Assembly: GCA_002104905.1 (NCBI GenBank)
Contig: MCFE01000311.1
Span: forward strand, 33,561 to 97,560
DNA length: 64,000 nt
Source of the DNA: Basidiobolus meristosporus CBS 931.73
Taxonomy: Eukaryota > Fungi > Basidiobolomycota
Direction: 5' to 3'
In this document: in pieces, positions 37,569-50,999 of the stretch
Numbering within the stretch: the first letter of the stretch is position 1
Layout of the letters: each line of letters begins with the position of its first letter
Notes under the pieces: model-generated
Database searches by the model: none
Seen by the model: the letters and a program-made list of their open reading frames with translations, nothing else
Told to the model about the DNA's origin: nothing
Made by a program: the position numbers and the translations under genes

Positions 37569-39089
37569 TACTTTGACAGTCAAAAATGCCTAAGAAGAAC
37601 TTCACTTGAAGTAGGTGACTTTATACTGCTTCTCAATTCCAAGGGCCAAAGAAACAAGGCATCCAAACTGGATATGCAATGGCAAGGTCCCTATCAGATT
37701 ATACATGCAAACAAAATGGACCTTATAAATTAGCAGAACTTGATGGTGGACTACTTGCACTGGCACAACCTGATAACAGATTAAAGTTCAATGTGAGAAG
37801 TAATAATAAGAGCATTATTTCACAAAGTTAGGGGGGACTTGTGGCAATGAAAAGTATCTCATTACTACAATATCTCAAAACCAATATGTCACTCATTTTG
37901 TTATCTTGCTTTTGCTATTGTGACACACAAATGAAAGATCAAGAAATTCTACTATGAAAAACAAAAGCCCAAGACCCTGGCAAGAAATCCACCCCAAAAT
38001 GCTAGGTCATGCAGAACACTCTGTAGTTATTGCATGCTTCAAGTTACAGCTTGTTTGAAGCAGCACTTAAGGAGTTATAATCAAAAGAGTCCAATTACCA
38101 AATATACTAGGCCTCTATTGCTAGGATTACTAATGTAACTTTGATTGCGTGTAACTTTTGAACCAGTCAATCAAATCATGTACAATTTTGACAAATGCTT
38201 TGCCTATGTCTGATCTACACTACTGCAAAGCTTAGCTATGTATCACATGTATTGCTTGTGCATATGCCAAAAACTTTGTTCCTTCATAATTCTGATATAT
38301 ATGACTTCCCCAGCTGCAAAATAAAGGAGAGCCTCTCTTTCCAGAATCTCTACACTACAGTTACAAATCTAAAGGATATAAGACTTCCTCTGCATCACTT
38401 GCACTGCTGATTTTTCTGCCTTTGATTGATAATATATCAGCAAGGAGACTGCAAAGCTTGCAAGCATCCAATCTAAGTTCTACAAGAAAACTACCACTTT
38501 TCTGTTAGAAAATTGCCCTCTAAGAAACCCCTTTATTCTTAAGACACCTCTGTATGCACCTCCTTAGTCTAAAGACTCCTTTTGAGACCCTTTCAAGAAG
38601 CCCCTTTGCTCTGAAGAAGCCCCTTTAGGCACCCCTTTGGAGTAAAGTCCACTTTAGAGACCACTGTAAGAAGCCCCTTTACTCTGAAGAGATCCCTTGA
38701 GACACCCCTTTGGGTCCAAAGACCCCTTTAGATACTTCTACACTGTACCCCATTAGATTAAAGGGGAGCTCAGAATTTCCGTTTTAGGAAATATTTTTTC
38801 AGAAATAAAGTGACTTCTATATATGAAAGAGCTAAAAAATAAGTAAATATGCTCAATAGTCAACAGAAGGTCAGAACAAGCTGTCCAAGTGAGACACACT
38901 GCCCACAGTATATCTTGAGCCTTGACTAAGGAGATTAGTGAAAGTTTTATCTTCTTGTGGTATATCAAACTGCCAATAAGATATCTCAATATTAGCGTTC
39001 TGGAAGTTGTGGTATATTATTGATTTGCATCTACATTGTAGAACAGGCCCCAAGCTAATTATAATACAATACAGCAGAGAGAGAAGAGC

Positions 39090-39273
39090 AGCACTTCTCA
39101 AGTGTTTTTGTGTGTGAGGTGCTTGGTTGGTGCAATAACCTCTGGCAAAAGCCGGCTCAGAATACCTAGGTTTTGCTTTTGCACTGATGTGAAGTGTAAT
39201 AAAGCCTCAAGCTTGCCAAGGAAAAACTAATGAGCTATAATCCCCAACTGAGTTGGTGTCTTAACAGAAATAT
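39090..39273. mobile_element. LTR-B-like fragment
   Basis: Matches 60210-60390 (CACTTCTCAAGTG...TGCAATAACCTCTG...AAAGCCTCAAGCTTG...ATCCCCAACT.AGTTGG.GTCTTAACA). Confidence 0.6.
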
Positions 39274-40033
39274 CTCTAGAAACAGTAATTTAGCCCTGCA
39301 GGTGAATTTGTCCAGATCAGCAGTCAGGATCTTACAGTTAGTCTGTCATAATGCCAGCAGCTTGAAGTTATTGACCCTCTACACAATTTTATGATGGGAT
39401 TATGATGATATTTTTACTTTCAAATAACATTAAAAACTTGGCAGTAATTTAGTGCTTTGTTGATAAGAATCAAATGGTATTCTAATGATCTTGATGTGCT
39501 CTGCTTTTACTCGAGCAGACTCAACCTGCTGTTACATTTAATTGCTCCATAAGGCAAGAAACTTGACAGTGTTCTGACAGCCTCATTGCAATCCACTGTT
39601 GGCATTATTACAGCAGTTTTGGGCCTACTGCTAGTTCTGTCAAATGCTACAATATCAACATACCCAACGGTATTTACTTTCTTTACCTTCTCTTGTGGAA
39701 TTCATATATTTAGCTGTAGAGTCACCCCTCTTTATTAGCTCACCCATTACTACCTTGGTTATTACACATATAGTTTGATTCAAAAAAAATATGGTCTCCT
39801 GCTTACCAACCTTGGCATATGTACTCACTCACAGTAATCAAAACACTCCAATCACCTCAACTTTAAAGCTTGTCAGTATGATACTTACAAAGTTGCTACA
39901 TATTCTGTATTGCTGATGCCATATACATCTTCTAAATATATGCTTGGTAGCCATCATTTTGCCATGAATACCTTCTGGATATCTGCAAAGAACTTTTTGG
40001 TGTTTAGCCAATATATTTCTTCTCCCTACTAGA

Positions 40034-43000
40034 TGTTTTAAGAGTCTTGAAGATATTGGAAGTGATTCAGAGGACAGGTAATTTATGTGGCTTTCACATA
40101 ATGATTTATAGAATGTAAAAGTAGCTTTTATACTTTCACATGAGCTTGGCATAACAAATGCATGGTATAGGTTACAAAAGGTCCCAAAAACATGTGTGCA
40201 AAGTTTGGGGCTGTTTGGATAACTTTGAGAATTTCCATGTTTTGGGTACCTGATATTTTGATGAAATAATTTTAAGTGAATCCCAACTAGGAATTTAGTC
40301 AGTATTCTCAAGGATTTGAAGGTAGTGGCCTAAGTTACTAAGTTAGGTGAGTATTTTGCTGGAATTACAAGTTTTTACCACATTCCCACTCAGCCAACTA
40401 TTCATGCTGCCTGATCCTAATTTTGACCTAAGATATTCAAGCTTGTCACTAGCTAATGGTTTGGTAAATATGTCTGCAATTGTTTCATCTGAAGGCCAGG
40501 AAACTAAGCCAACTAAGTTATTCTCTATAGCTTTATGTATGAAATAATGTCTAATATCCATGTGCTTAGTTTTTGCATGAAAAGTTGGATTTCTACCTAA
40601 TAGTATACATCTTTGATTATTCTGAAATAAAGTAATGTACATACTTTGACATAGACCTAAATCTGTAAAAAGCTTTCTTGACCACATTGCATCTTTTGTA
40701 GCTTCACAGGCTGCCATGTACTCTGCCTCTGTGGTAGTAAGCATTAAGGTTTGTTTCTTTCTTAAATTCAATGAAATTGCTCCTTTACAGTAAAGAAAGG
40801 TGTATCCTGTGGTGGATCCTCTGTCTTCCAAATTTTGTGCCCAATCAGCATCAGAGTATTCCACAAGATCTTGTCTGAATCCTTATAAGTGTATGTTGAT
40901 CTGATATCAGCAGTTCTGTTTAGGTACTTAAAAATCCACTTAACTGCTGCAATATGATCATATCCATAGTTCCAGCTATGTTGGCTGACAACTCCCACCA
41001 AATATGAGATATCTGGACATGTTTCAAGCATGATATACATCAGTATACTGACCATAGACTGCTAAGAAGAGTCAGGGCTTTCAGATGGCACCAAGCTCTC
41101 TGGATTTGGTTGACTTTTGACCAAATTAATGTGTATCTCTATTGGGGTAGCTGCTAGCTTACAGTCTGCCATTTGGTACTTCTTTGGTATATCTTGAATA
41201 TAGATTGATTGGCTTAGGGTAATAGTCCGGGTACTTCTGTCTTTGGAGAACTTAATTCCTAAGTAGTAACTGAGTTCTCCTATATTGGACATCTTGAACT
41301 CCTTAGATAGGCTGTATTTAGTCTCCTCCAATGTTGCTGGATTATTGGTGGCTATAATAAGATCACCCACATATAGAGCTAATAGAACTGGGCTATCTCT
41401 ATCTGGCCTAGAGTATATACTATAGTCTTTATTATTTCTTGTGAAGCTCAGAGATTCAAAATAAGAATCTATCCTGCAATTCCAGGCTCATGGTGATTGT
41501 TTGAGATCATATAGTGACTTTGTAAGCTTGCAGACCAAATGGGAGCTATATTTGCCAACAAATGCACCAGGCAGGTTCACATACAAGTCCTCATCAAGTC
41601 CTCCATTCAAAATGCACATCTGACATCCATTTGATGAATAAAAAACTTAAATTTAGCTGCAATAGCCAAGATTAATCTAATGGAATTGAGCTTGGCTACC
41701 AGTGCAAAGGTCTCAGTATAGTCAAGTCCTTTTGTTTGAGAGTATCCTTTGGCAACAAGTCTTGCTTTGCATCTTAAAGTGGTGCCATCAGCCTTGCATT
41801 TGATCTTGAAGACCCATCTGCATCCAATAGATTATTGGATGATTGGTCATTTGACTAAGTCCCAAGTTTGATTTTCCATCAGGGCCTGATATTCCTCAGT
41901 CATTGCAGATCTCCAAAATTGCATCTGCAGGCTATTTTGGGCTTCTTTTACAGTCCAAGGTTCATCAATACAGACTGAATAGGCATAAGACCTGTTCTGT
42001 TGGATAGTGCCAAATGATGCCATAGTATTACAGGGAGGCCAAGTGAGCCTAGTGTTTGGCCACAGAGTGTGAAATATAGCTCCCTATCTTGGTCCACTGG
42101 TACTACCTGGCACCATAAGTGCTTTGAATAGGTCTTACTTTAGGGCTAATATTTGAATATAGTGTCAAAGAATACCAGTGGACCAAGATAGTGCCATGCA
42201 TTTTTGTGACATGATACAACCTACAGGAGCTAGATTCTGAGTGCCATGCATAATGAGTACCAGGTGCACATCTTTAATCATTTTGTGCTCTTACACATCA
42301 TGCACCACATTGATCCAAAAAAAAATCAAAATATGGATCTTCTACAATAAAATTGGTTAAACACAGGGGCTGCTTTGCATGAAGATGAAGAGCTATATTT
42401 CACACTCTGTGGCCAAGTATAGGCTTAATTGGCCTTCCTGGCACACTATGGCATTATTTGGCACTTATGGCTCAATGTGGCACTATCCAACAAAACAAGT
42501 CTATAGGCTAAGTTTGTACCCTGATTAAGGTATACAGCTGTGGCAACTGATTCCACCCAAAAGCCATAGAATAATTTTTGAGCATGGATCATAGATCTTG
42601 CCACATCAATTATTGATCTATTTGCACATTCTGCTACTCCGTTTTGCTATGGAGAGTATGGTACAGTAGTCTTTTGCTTTATCCCCTGGATTTTGCAGAA
42701 GTGGATGTAGAGTTTTGTGGTATACTCTCCACTATTGTCAGAGTATATTTTTTGACTTTGTCAACAGTTTCACTCTCCACCATTACTTTTAACTCCCTGA
42801 ACTTAGACAGAGCTTCTTCCTTTCTCTCCATGAAGTAGACTCATGTGTATCTTTAAAGGTTAGTGTATGGCTTCCTTCACTGCTTCTAAGGTTTACTATC
42901 ATAGTTCCTTCACCCACTGAATCAAGTGTTCTATTGTCACCCATGAAAACCTTGTTGACTGGAACTTTTTGATATTGGATAAAAAGTTCTTTTTAGTGTG

Positions 43001-43232
43001 CAAAGTGTTGAGATGCTCCCAGGTCAAAGAACCACATCTGAGAGTCCTTGTTTGTGGTCATATTTATTGCAGATATGATTAGTCTATCTTCAGATGTTGC
43101 AGTATTTTGATATTCAGGCTTCTTTTCCTGATTACCTCTCTTTTTGAGGCACCAGCCTGATGTGTGTCCTTTGCTTTTGCATTAGTTGCAAAACAGGTTG
43201 CTATTGCCTTTGTAAGGTCTTGGGTACCACCT
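40034..43232 (-). mobile_element. 5'-truncated Ty1/copia (copia-2) with 3' LTR-A (40034-40382)
   Basis: PPT GGCTGAGTGGGAA. RNase H YSDADWAQNLEDRGSTTGY...TIADIFTKPL and RT (TCPDISYLVG, MSNIGELSYYLGI). Gag/protease remnants extend to ~43230. Confidence 0.88.
41988..42502. mobile_element. Second fold-back MITE copy (~220 bp deleted from one arm)
   Basis: AGACCTGTTC...ACAAGTCT termini and ATA on both flanks. The spacer is the reverse complement of the spacer in 23839-24571. Confidence 0.85.
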
Positions 43233-44120
43233 TTAGTAATATTCTTGATGAGATTTGGATATGGTAATACCATAAACTTGACTTATATTCCTATCTCCCT
43301 ACTCATCTGCTCCATAGGTAAACCTCAAAGGTTGACACAAGGCCCAATATTCCCCACATATCAAGCAAGATGAAGTAGAGATTAGATACAGTGGCAGCAG
43401 AGATCTACTTGCTCAGCTTTATGCTTGTAGTATAGCTGCACAAACACTGTCACTGACTCCTAACATAAAATCTATAGATGCATCAAGTAGGCATTGGTGA
43501 TGCACTTGTTGATATATTTTCCTGCTATGGTGACACATGACTCCCAATACCTAAAATACTACAGGTATAAGTGACTTCAGAAGACCACTTGAATAGATAA
43601 ATATCTGGCTCATCCAATCCATATATTTGCATTGTTGCATATGTATAGGAGTATTGCTTGAAGCACATGAGACATTATAGAGGTAGCAAATGCTTAGGTA
43701 AATCTTGCCAATTCTTTCAAATTCTCTAGTATCTCAGTGGGCTCTTTAAGGTTGATATACCCCTTGTGCAATATGATCATTAGTATAGGGATACTTAGCA
43801 AAGCACATGTATTGCTCCCAGTCAAAAGATTTTACTCCAACAGATACACCTTTTCTTCAATATCTCCAGTTGCCAATTAATTCCATATTCTGACCAATAA
43901 CTTATAGCTTGCAAACTTTGTTGCAATTGTGTGCTGACTTCTATATGTCCTCTCTGTGGAAATATGATCCTCTTATTGTTGGTGTTTGAATGACAATGAT
44001 GTGAGTGTGTGTTATGAAGTTAATCCCTTGGATCACACACATTCAAAGGCAACACCATCAATTGTACCCAGATTAGCCAACCATTTTGCTGATGGCTAGG
44101 ATATCTTCAATGCAGATATT

Positions 44121-45112
44121 AGACTTGTTCCATCATACTGTGCCAGGGTGCATGGCATGATCCGTGGTCTCTAAGAATGATTGGGCACAATATTGTAGCT
44201 ACCAGTAGGCAGGATTGCTCTTGTACAATTCTGCACCATGTGGGACAATCTTGCACACTATGGCACAGTCTGACACAACAAGGTTGGCACAAATGATTGC
44301 GCTCACTTGTAATATTTGCATCATATGCTCAACTGGATACCTTTATTACGGTTGGTAAAATCTGGTATTTAGATATGTTTCTTAAATGTAAATGGAAATA
44401 AAAGTGTATCACACTATAATCTACACTGGTACTTACCATTTTGGTTATCATCACTCCAATTGGATGGTATCTCAGTGGTTAATTGGTTCAAAAGTATCCT
44501 GAAGCTCTCAGCCCTCAATTGGCTCTTTGACCAATACACAAGCTACCTGATTTGCCATCAATTATCCCATTTTACCCATTAAGCAAGTAAATCCCTGATC
44601 CTAGTGATTGGGGAAAGCGCCATAGCAAGCATGCAACCAATTGTATGGGTGCAAATCAGATCAAATGGCTGCACTGGTGCCACAGATGATGTATACATAT
44701 GGAGGGTGTATATTTATAGGGGTACTGTCTCAAATGTGAGACAACCTTGATATTGCTTATGTCAAGAGTTTAGTGATCACAGATTTGCAATGGCTCAATG
44801 CAGATTGCAAAAAAAATGCTTTGTTTGGATCATTATGGATAATAGGAATAAAATAGTTAAGATACTTATCTATGCACAGTATATTTATACAAGAAGACAT
44901 CCTCTGAGAGAAATGTGTCTGGAGCATTATGAAGAGTAAATAAAGCAAGGAAAGCACTACTCTGAGCAACATAAGTAAGATTGAGTAAAATTACCAGTAA
45001 CTATAACCTACCACTGGCATGATGGTAGAAATTTTAGTGCCAGATAGTGCCAGATCAATCCCATACTATAAACAGGCTGGCACTATGTGGCACTATCCAA
45101 TGGAACAAGTCA
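44121..45112. mobile_element. Non-autonomous internal-deletion derivative of the Pangu-like element (992 bp)
   Basis: AGACTTGTTCC...GGAACAAGTCA termini with flanks ATT/AAT. About 720 bp of the ORF2-side end is fused to the last ~28 transposase codons and the other end. Confidence 0.88.
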
Positions 45113-45571
45113 AATATTATGTGCTTTGATGTGATGGCTATTTATTAGTATCCTGTTGGAAAGCATACAATGCTCATTCAGCAATGGATATAGATGGCCA
45201 TCCAGGATGGATGGTGATTTAGGCTCATATACCAGCGTTACTATTGTAAGATCTCTGCACTGACACCAGAAGATAGATGGCTGATTCAGGCAAATCTTAA
45301 TTTGTAGCCCGCAGCATTTGCTAGTAGAGTACTTGTTGAATGAGAATCCATCTAGTCCCAAGGCAATGGTATAGTCATACATACCCTTAAAATAGCCCTT
45401 GCTACTTGGTTGTTTATAATGTTTACCACCAAATAGATTGGAAATATTTGCAATTGATTGATACTAAGTGTGGTACTTTATAGGCTTAAAATAATTGTCA
45501 GACTTTGTGAGCTACTTAAGATCACATATTGTTGGAGTATGCTACAAGTCTAGGTATAAGAGTTGTAGAGG

Positions 45572-45937
45572 TGTTACATGTCTTGGTATAAGAGTTGTAG
45601 AGGAATAGAGAGTTTAGCTAGTTTTGTACTCACTAAAACTTGAACTGATCTTTATTGAGATTCCAGCATCTCCTTATATAAACTTTGCCAGACCAATTGC
45701 TGACTAATTGTATCTCCTAATGTAGGCTGTGGCTGATGACACATTTGATTGCATCATCATCATCCAATAAGATCCTACCTAATATATCTATTTCTGTTAG
45801 ATAAGTATCTGCGGATTCAATTGCTGACTAATGCTACTAATTTGATAGATAATACTTATATACTGATAACCTAAACATATGACTAATTGATTTGGCTAAA
45901 AACTGATCTAACTTAAAACTTCAAGTGGCAGATCACA
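45572..45937 (-). mobile_element. Solo LTR-C nested in the 3' LTR-C of G1, same orientation
   Basis: TGTTAC...GATCACA termini. AGAGG is duplicated at 45567-45571 and 45940-45944, with an extra AC at 45938-45939. Confidence 0.75.
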
Positions 45938-47099
45938 ACAGAGGAATAGGGAGTTTAGCTAGTATTTTATTCACTAAAACTTGGACTGATTTTTATTGAG
46001 GTTGGAGTAGCTCCTTATATATATTTTTGTCAGATCAATTGCTGACTAATTGTATTTCCAAATGAAGGCTGAGGCTGGTGATTCATTTGATTGTATCATC
46101 CTCACCCAATAAGATCCTACTTGATATATCTATTTCTGTCTGATAAGGATCCGCTGATTTATTTGCTGATTAATGCTACTGATTTGATAGACAACACTGA
46201 TATACTGATAGGCTAAACATACAAGTAATTGATTTGTCTAAAAGCTGATCTAACATAAACATTCAAGTGGTATATCATAACATTGTCCACTACAAAAGCT
46301 GGGAGGGTTCTCCTGAGTCTCTTTTCATGTGATACCAATATCTTGAGGATTCAGTATTATCAGCAAGTCTTGCAAGCTTGAGTCTGTCCCTATAAATTAA
46401 ATCTTCCAAGATATTCCCTTGTTTGTTTGCTAGTTGGTAAGTTGCTACTGGACATTCTCTGATGATCATAAAAGGTCCCATCCATTGCAGTTCAAACTTC
46501 TTCCAAGTATTGTTTCTCTACAATACAAAGTTCCCAACTGTCAATGATTCTGGTGATATAGTCTTATAAAATCTCTGCTTCATCTTTTCTGCTCTTTAAG
46601 ATACTTTAGCCTGTGCTTCTGATGTCTTTGTTCTAGTTGCTGGTGTCTACTTGGCCGGCTAAGTTCATCTTCTAAGGCATCTGTAAGCTTTAGTTGCAAG
46701 ATCTCCTGGAATCCTTGGTTTGCATCCATAAACTAAGTAATATGGCAATTGTTGGGTGGTGTTGTGTACTCTAACTCTGCATGCAAAAAGTGCCTGGTCT
46801 ATATACTCATCCCATCTACTGACAGCTCTATTTGTATACTTGATCAGCATTTTCCCAAACTATCCATCAAACCACTCAGTGACTCCATTAGTTATAGGGT
46901 GATATGCAAAGTGTCTGATGTGCTGCATTACCAGGTAAGCTTCTAGTGTCTTTGCCATAAAGTCTGCTCCTCCATTGGTTAGAATCTCTACAGGGCATCC
47001 AAACTCTATAAGAATCTCATGGTAGATGAAACTTGCAACTTCTTGTTCACTGGCTACAGGTACTGCTTTGGCCACTGGCCAGTTTGTGGCATGGTCAAT

Positions 47100-50000
47100 A
47101 AACTTGTTCTGTTGGATAGTGCCACATAGTACCAGCCTGCTTATTGTGCCGGATCAATCTGGTGCTATAATTTCTACCATAATGCTAGTGGTATGATATA
47201 GTTACTGGTAATTTTGCTCAATCTTGCTTATGTTGCTCAGAGCAGGACTTTCCTTGCTTTATTGCTCTTCATAATGATCCAGACACATTTCTCTCAGTGG
47301 AAGTCTACTTGTATAGATATACTGTGCATAGATAAGTATCTTAGCTATTTTACCTATTCTGCTGTTTTCTCCTATATGTGACTTTCCTCTGTATTTACCT
47401 GCCAATATGCTGAATCTCTTCAGATATCCAAATGTATGCTCTACCCCCACTCTGAAATGATTAAATATCTCATTGTAGAGCTTCTGCTTCCTGATAAGCA
47501 CACCATTCCTTGGCTTCCTATAAGCTGTATTACATCCTAATCTCTGACAATCCTTTCCTATATAAGCCAAGTCTTCCATACACTTCTCCCCTCTACTGAG
47601 TTCTGGATGATTCTCTACTCAGATTGCTTTGTCAAGCCTACTTCCAGCAAATGGCCCACTAAGCCAGATGATGTTACCCTCAATGTCAGACAGTGCTTGA
47701 AACTTCACACAGTGTGCCTTGTACTTGCCAGAATAAAAGTGCCTCTGCTCTCTGGAAGGCTTGTTAATCCTGACTGGCAAGGTGTCAAAAATACTCCTTG
47801 TATGGAACCTGGTGCTGAACACTCTGGGATATGGAAGTCTATTGGAGCTTCTGAACCTAGCACTCCAAGCTTGCTCTAAGTTGTTCAAACCCTCTGCAAG
47901 GTGGTTCTCTATTGTTGTCAGCTGGGAATGAATGCTTCTAGGACTTTTGTTGCCATGGATGATGGGATGAAACCTTGTAGGGCAATAGTTCTTGTAATAG
48001 CAGAGAAGCTTAACAAGGGATCTCCTTGAGTAGATCGGGGTAGATGGACCACAGTACTTGGTATAGATCTCCTCAAGTGTGTCAGAAGAAAATCCAGTGG
48101 TAGTGATGGGATTGATGAGAAAAGACCCCTCAGATGTGAAAGTCATACTAAAACTGGTGGAGGATTGGGCTGAGGTGATTTGAATTTATTTGGCACAATC
48201 AGCTTTATTTATTTGATTTTCCATGCATTATAATTAAATCTCCATCAATTGCCATGTATTCCATCATTATGTTGCAAAATTGTCCTCTAACAATGAATGG
48301 GTTTTATTATTGATGTTTTACTCACCAGTCTATAATCAAATAGGAAATCTGCAATTGATGTGATCTGATCCATGTCAATGCAATCCAAGATGCATGATGA
48401 ATAATATATGAAAAATTCAACAATCACATTAGTTTTCATATATATTTCATATAAAACCAGGTTAATGCCAATACACCACTGTATAAGTATCCAAATCTGT
48501 CACTATGGTCCCTATACCAAGTCTCAACTCATCTTTAGTTCAACCCCAACAAAACCCATCCCCCAGCTCACAAGCGCGGTCTGGACCAAAAAAGGTGATG
48601 TCAGATCTGTTTAAGTTCTTGCCAAATCATTTCAGTATGGCCCAGGTGTCTATGATGAGCCTTCATACAGATATTTGGGCACTACTCATTAATCTAGCAA
48701 AACTAGATACCTCAGAGAGTCAACAGATACAGAAGAACCTGAGTAAAAGCTGTGGCATCAGTTCTACATCAATATGCCAGCAGATGTATGTCAGAAGATA
48801 TATAAAAGACAAGTATTGAAATCAAGAATGAGCTCAGAGTAAGGGGATTTGATGAGGAAGCTGCATGGGAACAATTTTGCATGCAATTTGCCCAGTGCAG
48901 GCCGGACGCATCTGTTTGTGCCTTGACTTTGGGAACCAAAGAGATTTGAATGAGTTTTTGCCTCAAGTGACTAATGTATTATATGATATATTAGTAGAGC
49001 TAAGTGGCTTCTGAGAGCAATACACACAGAACTCATCCAGGTAACAGTTCCAGAGTATTAGACAGAGGGTAAGTGAATATCTTGAGGAATCAGAAGGTGA
49101 GCTTCAAGAGGAAGAATACAGATTGCTAGTAACATTGTCTAGATCACACCAGCACACCTTGCTGGATTCCTTATCATCCCTTGCAACTTTAGCATGCTGG
49201 TGCATGTAAGTCCAAACTATGCCAACACCCTTCACAAGAGTGCCCTGCATTGACTCAATGCATATTGGGTCAATGTGCATGCTTCAGAGCAAAACTACCA
49301 GAACCTGCCAAACTGCTCAAAAAGGCACAAGTCCATTGGAGCGGGCCAAGTTGCATCAACAAGCAGCATCACATTGAACTCAGCCAAGGGCCATGCCATT
49401 GCATCAAGTTGCGTCTGTGCATGTCATTACACCTGTCCATCAGCAAGTTTCTTCTGGTGAACTGACTGATGATGACCCGCATGAAGTGCTTCCACCACCA
49501 TAGCTTTTGGCAAGTAAAAGAACACGTCAGTGCATAGCACTGCAGGCTGGCTCTGTTGCATCATCCAGAGCAATACAGTGCAGCCAAGCTGCAGCATTGC
49601 ACTCATCAACTAGGAGGCAAAATACTGACTATGAATACACAAGTAGCCAAGAGGATAGTCAACAAGAAAGAAGTTTAGGTGTGCACAGTGAATCCTTACC
49701 AAATGCTTCAGTAGTAATCCCTGTGAGAAAAAAGCCTAGGAGAAGATGATGTAATCACTTTGAATTGCTATTATTTGTAATGATCTAAAAAACGCATCTT
49801 TTTTGCAATCTGCATTGAGCCATTGCAAACCAATGATCACCAAATTTTTGATATAAGCAATATCAAGGTTGTCTCACATTTGAGTCAGGACCCCTATAAG
49901 TAAACACCCTACATTTCATACATCATCTGTAGCACCAGTGCGGCCATTTGATCTGATTTGCACCCATAAAATGGTCACATGGTAGCTATGACACTCTGTC

Positions 50001-50489
50001 CAATCACTAGGATCAGGTATTTACTTGCTTAATGTGCAAAATGGGATATTTGATGTCAAATCAGGTAGCTTGTGTATTAGTCAAAGAGCCAACTAGGGGC
50101 TGACAGCTTCAGGATACTTTTGGACCAGTTAATCACTGAGATACCATCCAATTGGAGTGATGGTAACCAAAATGGTAAGCATCAGTGAGTTTATAGTGTG
50201 ATGCTCATTTATTTCCATTTACAATAAAGAAACATATCCAAATACCGGATTTTACCTACCATAATAGTGGTATCCAATTGTGCATTTGATGCAAACATTA
50301 CAAGTGGGCACAATCATTTGTGCCAACCTCATTGTGTCAAAATGTGCCATAGTGTCCATGATTGTTGCACATGATGCAAAATTGTCCAAGAGCAATCCTG
50401 CCTACTGGTAGCTACTATATTGCGCCTGTTTGTTCTTAGAGACTGTGGATTACACCATGTGCCCTGGTATGGTACAATGGAACAAGACT
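47100..50489 (-). mobile_element. PHIS/Pangu-like copy 3 (3390 bp), decayed
   Basis: A(A)ACTTGTTCT...GGAACAAGACT termini and perfect TSD AAT. Transposase 47259-48146 (-) with one stop; ORF2 remnants ~48600-49749 (+). Confidence 0.92.
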
Positions 50490-50999
50490 AATAGTTACTA
50501 GGATCCAATGGTTGCATTTCCGGGCTCAATGAAAAATCATTTGGTCCCGCAGATGGATCCAATCCGGATCATCTGTTAAGATCCTGTTTGGAGACTGTCA
50601 TAGTAGCAGCAGCTTGGAATTAGTGACCCTCCTGACAATCTTATAACAAGATCATGATGGTGTTTTGCAAATTTTACAGCCAAATAAAGGGATAAAGCTT
50701 GACAATTTTTGATTGGTGCTGTGACAATATTTGCCTGGCATTGTTGCAGTCTTTCAGCGCTCTATTACTATTTTAAGTGGATCCAGTTGGCCAGGACTTC
50801 CAATTGCATTATATGGCAAGAAACTTGAAGGTATTTTGATGGCCTCACTGCAAGACTCTGATGGTTTTTTCTTGGCAGTATGACGGCCTGCCGCTGGTTC
50901 TGTATAATGCTACTCTACCAATTTACCAAATGGTATTTCCTTTTTCTACCTCCCCTTGTGCAATTCATATATTCCACTGTAGAATCACCTTTTTTATTT

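Larger units (their letters stand above)
26288..38900 (+). mobile_element. Decayed Ty3/gypsy element G2, split by CACTA copy C, bounded by ~1-kb direct repeats (26288-~27297; 37840-~38900)
   Basis: Zinc knuckle CVYCESAEH (~27730), protease IFDSGSEINAI (~28490), RT/RNase H remnants and integrase (DIIHL...GWIEARML...TLIADN). The integrase tail WQGPYQII resumes at 37569. PPT AGGGGGG precedes TGTGGC at 37840. Confidence 0.8.
39274..45539 (-). mobile_element. Fragmented CACTA/EnSpm copy E (transposase side): 39274-40033, 43233-44120, 45113-~45539
   Basis: Decayed TIR at ~39274 and colinear homology with 50525-52870. Interrupted by copia-2 and a Pangu derivative. Confidence 0.72.
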
